A DNA stretch of 64,000 bases. It comes from an uncultured delta proteobacterium (GTDB lineage Bacteria > Myxococcota > Kuafuiibacteriia > Kuafuiibacteriales > Kuafuiibacteriaceae). Location of the stretch: contig CAWDML010000001.1 of assembly GCA_963803435.1 (NCBI GenBank), forward strand, positions 96,001 through 160,000, read 5' to 3'. This document shows positions 58,336 through 64,000 of this stretch, piece by piece. Below the pieces are notes generated by a model. That model was not told the origin of the DNA, did not search any database, and worked only from the letters and a program-made list of their open reading frames with translations. A program made the position numbers and the translations under genes. Each line of letters begins with the position of its first letter. The stretch's first letter is position 1.

Positions 58336-60225
58336 TCACAAGCCCCGATCGATCCAGCGACGGATCAATCGTTCGAACGCAAGGGACACGGCCTCGATCA
58401 GGCCGGCCTCCGTCAGCTCGTCGGCGAGGAAGCGGCGCGCCGGCTCGAGGAAGATCGTGCGCCCCACCGCGAACCCTCGACACAGCGCCGGCGCCCGCGC
58501 GAACGAGGCCGCCACCTCCTCCTCGGACGCGGACAGGCCCAGGAGCAGCACGCCGTGGCAGCTCGGATCGCGGCGAACGATCGGCTCGATCTCGCTCCAA
58601 TCGATCGGATCGGGCAGCTTCCACCAGTCCGGCTGCAGGCCGGCCCTGGCGAGCCGGTGCATCGCCTGGGGCAGCACGCTTCGATCCGGCGCACCGCCTT
58701 GCTCCGGGATGATCTCGAGCAGCCACTCGCGGTGGAGCCGCCGGCACGCCGACTGCAGCCGCAGGAGCTTCGACTCCTCCGCCAGCAGGGTCGCCTCCGG
58801 ATCCTTCGGGTGACAGTGGACGAGACACTTCACCACCTGGCGCTGGGGCCAGGTCAGGATCTCGAGCTCCAGGTTCGGCTCTCCGATGAAACGCACCGGC
58901 CGCTGCTTGGGGCCCTCGATCGGGCGCGCCACGAACCAGCCGAGCCGCGTCATGCGGGCGAGCGCGTCGCCGCCGTACTGGCCGTCGATGATCACGCCGG
59001 CGCCCTCGATCCCGGTGCGCTCCACCGCCCGCACGCCCGCCTCGGCGATCGCATCCTTCAGCGCCGTCAGTTGAGCTTGCGGGGCGGCGGCGTCCTCCGC
59101 CATCACCTCCAGCTGGCGGCGGTGATCGAACGCGAGGATGCAGAGCTCTCCTGGGACGCGGGGGCGGTACGTCATCCGGTGCAGGCGCTCCAGGTTGGCG
59201 TCGAGATCGATGCGCGGGATCCGGGCGGCCCGGCGGATGTACGAGTCGAGCTCCGCCTTCGAGGGCATCGCCGTGGAGCAGGTATGGCGCGACACCACCA
59301 GCGCGCCCATCGCGTTGGCGTACGCGGCGCAGTCGACGAGCGGCTCGTCTCCCAGCCAGCCGCGGAGGAAGCCGCTCATGAAGGCATCGCCGGCCCCGAG
59401 GACGTTGAGCACGTCGACCGGGACCCCCTCGCAGACCAGCCCGCCGTCGACGCTGTCGGGGATGACGCCCTCGAAGATCGCGCAGCCGAGCGCGCCGCGC
59501 TTGACCACGATGACCGCGCTCGAGCAGTCGCGGATCGCTCGGAGCGCGGCGATCGGATCGCTCTTGCCGCCCGCGATCAGGATCTCCTCCTCGGTGCCGA
59601 CGATGAGGTCGCAGTCGGAGAGCAACGGCCGCATCTCGGAGGTCACGTGCGCGCTCTGCACGTAGCGCTCCTCGCCGAGGCCGTGTCCGGTGAGCCGCCA
59701 CAGCACCGGGCGGTAGTCGATGTCGAGGATCACCCGCCTGCCTCCCGCCTTGGCGGCGCGGACCGCCTTCTCGCAGGCGGCCTTGGTGTTCGGCGCGGAG
59801 AGGTGCGTCCCGGTGATGAGGACCGCCTGGGCGCTCCGGATGAAGGCGTCGTCGAAGTCGCCGGGCTCGAGGGCCATGTCGGCGCAGCGCTCCCGGTAGA
59901 AGATCAGCGGGAAGGTGTCGCGATCGGAGACGGCCAGCAGCACCAGCGCCGTCAGCCGCTCCGGATCCACGCGGAGGTGGGAGACGTCGACGCCCTCCGC
60001 GGCCAGCGTCCGGGTCACGAAGCGCCCCATGTGCTCGTCGCCGACGCGCGAGAGCATCGCGGATCGCAGGCCCTGGCGGGCGGTCCCGATCGCGATGTTG
60101 GCCGCGCAACCGCCGACCGACTTGTCGAAGCTCTGCACGTCCTCGAGCGGCGAACCGATCTGCTCGCCGTAGAGGTCGACGGCCGCCCGCCCGATGCAGA
60201 TCAGGTCGAGATCACTCGTCGCCAT
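58336..60225 (-). CDS. iolC: 5-dehydro-2-deoxygluconokinase with C-terminal aldolase-like (DUF2090) domain
   Basis: GRAAVDLYG, DIDYRPVLW, NVLGAGDAF, LAFDHR, GFAVGRTIF. Confidence 0.95.
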   Translation of the reverse strand: MATSDLDLICIGRAAVDLYGEQIGSPLEDVQSFDKSVGGCAANIAIGTARQGLRSAMLSRVGDEHMGRFVTRTLAAEGVDVSHLRVDPERLTALVLLAVSDRDTFPLIFYRERCADMALEPGDFDDAFIRSAQAVLITGTHLSAPNTKAACEKAVRAAKAGGRRVILDIDYRPVLWRLTGHGLGEERYVQSAHVTSEMRPLLSDCDLIVGTEEEILIAGGKSDPIAALRAIRDCSSAVIVVKRGALGCAIFEGVIPDSVDGGLVCEGVPVDVLNVLGAGDAFMSGFLRGWLGDEPLVDCAAYANAMGALVVSRHTCSTAMPSKAELDSYIRRAARIPRIDLDANLERLHRMTYRPRVPGELCILAFDHRRQLEVMAEDAAAPQAQLTALKDAIAEAGVRAVERTGIEGAGVIIDGQYGGDALARMTRLGWFVARPIEGPKQRPVRFIGEPNLELEILTWPQRQVVKCLVHCHPKDPEATLLAEESKLLRLQSACRRLHREWLLEIIPEQGGAPDRSVLPQAMHRLARAGLQPDWWKLPDPIDWSEIEPIVRRDPSCHGVLLLGLSASEEEVAASFARAPALCRGFAVGRTIFLEPARRFLADELTEAGLIEAVSLAFERLIRRWIDRGL

Positions 60226-61021
60226 GCGGCCACCAGTGCTTCGCGCCCGGCGTCATCGTCCAGCGGTGCTCCTCCGTGAACTCCGGCTTGGTGTAGCGGT
60301 CGCCGTCGAGATGCCGGATCGCCCACACGTAGTACATCCCGTACCCGGGCGCGGCGCACTGCGAGTGATCGTTCTTTCCGAGGATCTTGATCGTGTCGTA
60401 GGGCCGAACCTTGATCACCTGCTCGCCCAGCTCGGCATGTCCGTAGCCCTGCGGCGAGGTGAAGCGGTAGTGATAGATCTCGGGCTGCGCGTGGTGGTGC
60501 GGCGGATAGCTCGACCACCGCCCGGGGAAGTTGACGACCTCGCCGAGCACCAGCTTGGCCTCGGGATCGGAGTTGTCGTCGTCGAAGATCGTGCGCACGA
60601 AGCGAAACGCAGCGTCCTTGAGGGCACCCTTGCCGCGCCGCTCGCTCCGCACCGAGTCGGGGTCGTGGATCTCGGCGGGGAAGACGGCCGTGTTGGCGAC
60701 CCGGTACACCGTCAGCTCGACCTCACCCTTGGCCTCGATCCGGACCTTCTGCTTCGCGCCGACGTGGAGCGCCGCCGGCGGATCGTCGAAGAGCGAGATC
60801 CGGGAGAAGACCTTCGTCTCGCCGTCGATGACGAACGCCACCTCACCGCTCATCAAGAGCCAGGCCGTCTCGGTGGGCGTGGTCTCCTCGTGGACCTCGC
60901 GTCCGCCGAGCTTGAGCACGCCGAGCTCCATCCCCGTGTCGTCCTCGGCCTCGCCGATGGCGGTGATCCGCGTGTAGCCGGGCGCGAATCCGTCGCGATT
61001 TTGGGTGAGGTGAACGGCCAT
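60212..61021 (-). CDS. iolB: 5-deoxy-glucuronate isomerase
   Basis: WSSYPPHHH.QPEIYHY motif; first gene of iolBCDE operon. Confidence 0.9.
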   Translation of the reverse strand: MAVHLTQNRDGFAPGYTRITAIGEAEDDTGMELGVLKLGGREVHEETTPTETAWLLMSGEVAFVIDGETKVFSRISLFDDPPAALHVGAKQKVRIEAKGEVELTVYRVANTAVFPAEIHDPDSVRSERRGKGALKDAAFRFVRTIFDDDNSDPEAKLVLGEVVNFPGRWSSYPPHHHAQPEIYHYRFTSPQGYGHAELGEQVIKVRPYDTIKILGKNDHSQCAAPGYGMYYVWAIRHLDGDRYTKPEFTEEHRWTMTPGAKHWWPHGDE

Positions 61022-61064
61022 CCCAATCGGATAGCATCGTTCGCGCCGTGCGCGTCAAGCGCGC

Positions 61065-61688
61065 TCAGAGAACGCCACACATCGCGATGAGGATCTGACC
61101 GGCATAGTAGGCCGGCAGCCCGATCCCCTTGTTGAGGAACGAGGACTCGACGAAACGCTCGCGCGCCACGCACACGTCCGAGAGGAAGAAGAGACAGGCC
61201 CCCGCCGCCAGCCCGGGGCCAGCCATGTTGTGGAGGTTGCCCACGGCGGCGGCGACCATCGTGCTGATCAACGTCATGTAGAGGACGACCGGCTTGTCGA
61301 GGCCGTCGAGCTTGGGCTCGATCCAGCGGTACACCAGCGCGGCCGCTACCAGGAGGCCGGGCAGCACGCCGAAGAAGTAGCTGAACTCGATGCCGCGGAC
61401 GAAGAACGCGACGATGTAGGCGACGTGTGCGAGCAGGAAGGCGAGCAGGCCCGCGAAGAACCAGCGGCGCTCCTTCGAGAGCAGGAAGACGTCGCCGAAC
61501 CACGAGAACACGAGGCCCGCGACGATCAACCACCCGTGGTGCGTGCGCAGCCCACCCGAGTCGATGGCGATGATCAGAAAGCACGTGGAGGCGAGCGGCT
61601 TGAAGATCTTGACCAGGCCCTTCTCCTTGCGAAACTCGGCGAGAACCAGGTCGATGACGACGATTCCGGTGATCAGGATCCAGAGCAA
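61065..61688 (-). CDS. YhhN family lysoplasmalogenase-like membrane protein
   Basis: KP, GLVFSWFGDVFL, GLLAFLLAH..Y, FFLSD, YYAGQ. Confidence 0.88.
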   Translation of the reverse strand: MLWILITGIVVIDLVLAEFRKEKGLVKIFKPLASTCFLIIAIDSGGLRTHHGWLIVAGLVFSWFGDVFLLSKERRWFFAGLLAFLLAHVAYIVAFFVRGIEFSYFFGVLPGLLVAAALVYRWIEPKLDGLDKPVVLYMTLISTMVAAAVGNLHNMAGPGLAAGACLFFLSDVCVARERFVESSFLNKGIGLPAYYAGQILIAMCGVL

Positions 61689-61691
61689 GGC

Positions 61692-62186
61692 TCACTCCTT
61701 CTTTCGCCGGGGCCAGAGCGCCCACGCGAAGACGGGCAGAAAGTAGAACAGCTCGGTCGCCGCCACCACCATCCCGCGGCGGGACAGGTAGCCGAGGCCG
61801 ATCGGCGCCACCGGGATGGGGCGCCACGGGGCGAAGAAGCGCGCGTTCGAGAACGGCCAGGCCAGCGCGACGCCCATCCCACCGTCGGTGAAGGCGTCGA
61901 GGATCCCGTGCGAACCGATCGCGAGCGCACCGAGGAGGAACATGCGAGCGAAGTGCCGGCGATCGGTCGCGGCGAGCGCAAGCGCTGCCGCCAGCGCGAC
62001 GGTGACGGCGTGGCTGGCCCCCCGATGCCCGAATGGGTCCCCATAGGGGATGCCGAACGCGAAGCCGACGACGTCGGCGTCGGGCGCCATCGCCAGCGCG
62101 GACCACATGACGCTCCGGCGGAGGCTCCGGTGGGGGTCGTAGCGCGCAGCCACGAGACCCACCGCGACGTGTCCCAGGCTCGCCAC
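61692..62186 (-). CDS. YdjM/YbcI-family membrane metal-dependent hydrolase
   Basis: MASLGH, PDAD, GHRGASH, SHGILDAFTDGG.GVAL.WPF. Confidence 0.88.
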   Translation of the reverse strand: MASLGHVAVGLVAARYDPHRSLRRSVMWSALAMAPDADVVGFAFGIPYGDPFGHRGASHAVTVALAAALALAATDRRHFARMFLLGALAIGSHGILDAFTDGGMGVALAWPFSNARFFAPWRPIPVAPIGLGYLSRRGMVVAATELFYFLPVFAWALWPRRKKE

Positions 62187-62288
62187 GCGCCGAGTATCCC
62201 ACCCGCCGTCGAGCCCGTCACGGCCACGGTGGTGGGGGCGGGGTCTACCTCGAAGCGGGGCGGACCTCGGCGCTACGATAGATTCCGC

Positions 62289-62864
62289 ATGCAGATCTTC
62301 CCACCCGCCGCTGGATCCGCCCTCATCGCCCTCCTCCTGGCGCTCGGCGGCCCGGCCTGGGCGTCGCCGCAGAAGCCGAAGGATCAGAAGCCGGAGCCGC
62401 CGAAGGGGTTCGTCGAGATGTTCGTCGCGGGCGTGCTCACGACCGAGGCCGGCCCCGCCGTGATCCTGCGGGACAAGGAGGAGACCCGGCTGCTCCCCAT
62501 CTTCGTGGGCTTCGCCGAGGCCGACGCGATCCAGCGCCGCCTCGAGCGACGCCACTTCGCGCGTCCGCTCACGCACGATCTCCTGGAGAAGATCATGCAG
62601 GATCTGGGCGGCACGCTGGTGAAGATCCAGGTCGAGGATCTCAAGGCCGACACCTACGTCGGCACGATGTTCGTGAAGAAAGGGGATGAGATTCGCCGCT
62701 TCGACGCGCGCCCCTCGGACATGATCGCGCTGGCGCTGGGCAACCGCGCGCCCATCTACGTCTCGGTCACCGTGCTCGACACCGCCAGCGATCTCAGCCT
62801 CGAGCCCGACGAGGAGAAGCCGAACCGCTACGATCATCCGCCCGACGGGATCAAGACGCTCTAG
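62289..62864 (+). CDS. bifunctional nuclease family (DUF151) protein with N-terminal signal-like segment
   Basis: LPIFVG..EA..I, RPLTHDL, DARPSD.IALAL. Confidence 0.88.
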   Translation: MQIFPPAAGSALIALLLALGGPAWASPQKPKDQKPEPPKGFVEMFVAGVLTTEAGPAVILRDKEETRLLPIFVGFAEADAIQRRLERRHFARPLTHDLLEKIMQDLGGTLVKIQVEDLKADTYVGTMFVKKGDEIRRFDARPSDMIALALGNRAPIYVSVTVLDTASDLSLEPDEEKPNRYDHPPDGIKTL

Positions 62865-62934
62865 GAGCGTGTAGCGCGTAGCGCTACCGCGAGCCCGGTC
62901 CGGGTCCCGGTCCCGGTCCCGGTCCCGATGGCGA

Positions 62935-63293
62935 TCATGCAGCCCGGCGTGCGTTCATCGACTTGATGAGGCGCGTGAGCATCTCGACAACGCGCTTGAG
63001 CTTGGCTCTGGCGGCTTGGACCTTCTGCTCGTTGGCGAGTCGGCGCCTCAAGCAGGTGTGGAGTGAGGCGGCGCTTTCGGTGCCAGAGCGAAGTGCCATC
63101 CGGTAGAAGCGAGCGGATTGAACTCTCCGGCGCCCTCGGCGGTGTTGTTCACGATGGAATCGGATGCCCGCCGAAGCTGATCGCGGACGTGAGCGTGACC
63201 GGGTTGCAGTTCTTGTGCGATCTCTTCAGCGATGTCGGCATACTCGACGGCGAGCTGGTAGACCTCGAGCTTCTCGTGATCGAAAGTGACCAT
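62935..63293 (-). pseudogene. four-helix-bundle protein (23S rRNA IVP / Avd-like fold family), frameshifted near 63110
   Basis: FDHEKLEVYQ.A...DQLRRASDSI..N.AEGAGEF, then in another frame ARFYRMALRS.TE.AA...RVVEMLTRLI..TGA. Confidence 0.85.
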
Positions 63294-63412
63294 GCAAGCT
63301 AGCTTGCGGTAGCTCGTCCACCTTGACCAGCAGAAGTTCTTGGAGGTCGTTTCGTCTGGAATCGATCGTTGGGCGGATCGACTTCGACGCCTGGACTTGA
63401 TCCCATGGTTTC

Positions 63413-64000
63413 GTGGCGAAGCAATACCGTTCTTGGACTCCGAGACAATCGTTCTTGCTCCCGCCGTCCCCTCTCGAGTGGCTCCCAGAAAATCATCTCG
63501 CGTACTTCGTCTTGGACGTCGTCGATGAGGTAGAGCTGAGCGCGATCGAGATCTCGATCCAGTCCAAGGACCCGCGAGGCGAGCGACCGTACTCGCCTCG
63601 AATGATGATCGCGCTGCTTCTGTACGCCTACTGCACCGGCATCTATTCGTCGCGGAGGATCGCGCGGGCGACCTACGAAGACATTCCATTCCGGGTGCTG
63701 GCGGGAGAAAGTCATCCCCACTTCACGACGATCAACGAGTTTCGGCTCGTCCACCTGGAGGCACTGAAAGCGCTCTTCCTCGAAGTCCTGAACTTTGCCA
63801 GAAAGCAGGTTTGGTGCGGCTCGGACACGTCGCACTCGATGGCTCGAAGGTGCAGGCGAACGCGAGCAAGCACAAGGCGATGACCTACGAGCGGATGGCC
63901 GAGGAGGAGAAGCGGCTGTCTCTCGAGATCGAAGAACTGCTGGAGCGAGCGGGCACGATCGACCAAGAGGAAGACGAGCGGTTCGCCCGCAGGAAGAGTA
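63413..64000 (+). pseudogene. IS1182-family transposase (DUF772 N-terminus), frameshift at ~63791 and internal deletion at ~63980
   Basis: QSFLLPPS..EWLPENHLAYF, YSPRMM..LLLYAY..GIYSSRRIA. Confidence 0.9.

Larger units (their letters stand above)
62865..64000 (+). mobile_element. IS1182-family element copy 2 (runs off the window end)
   Basis: CTAG then same left TIR; 62865-63000 equals 20268-20403 with one mismatch. Confidence 0.92.

Noticed and set aside
62935-63293. Diversity-generating retroelement suggested by an Avd-like gene
   Set aside because: No reverse transcriptase and no template/variable repeat pair differing at adenines is visible in the window
20268-64000. Two direct IS copies enclosing ~41 kb (iolG to iol operon) as a composite transposon
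   Set aside because: Copy 1 has its own CTAG duplication on both sides and the enclosed genes look like ordinary chromosomal genes; independent insertions are simpler

Overview
Very GC-rich bacterial chromosomal segment; gene content (Ser/Thr kinase-STAND-TPR proteins, myxobacterial disulfide-repeat lipoprotein, sigma-54 regulator, divIVA-yggS-proC) points to a Myxococcota/deltaproteobacterium-like organism. Most of the window is metabolic and signalling genes: divIVA, yggS, maf, proC, pntA, nth, pdxRST, msrB, an iolBCDE operon with HAD phosphatase and AfuABC-like transporter, a separate iolG, several two-component systems and an ECF sigma/anti-sigma pair. The most striking region is 16.1-17.4 kb. 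It reads as a sigma70-like promoter, a 41-codon leader ORF ending R-G-P-stop, an attenuator-type terminator, tRNA-Ser(GCT), two unexplained three-way-junction RNA-like elements, an atypical short-variable-arm tRNA-Leu(GAG), a 181-aa HNH nuclease and a terminator, i.e. a candidate translation-stress-gated tRNA/ncRNA/HNH operon. The second notable system is two internally deleted copies of an IS1182-family element with ~65-bp terminal inverted repeats built on (GGTCCC)n hexamers and a four-helix-bundle passenger gene, inserted at CTAG sites that overlap stop codons. A 160-bp palindromic MITE is also inserted at a stop codon. About seven isolated frameshifts in otherwise intact genes probably reflect sequencing/assembly errors. 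All family assignments are from motif recognition by eye, not database searches.
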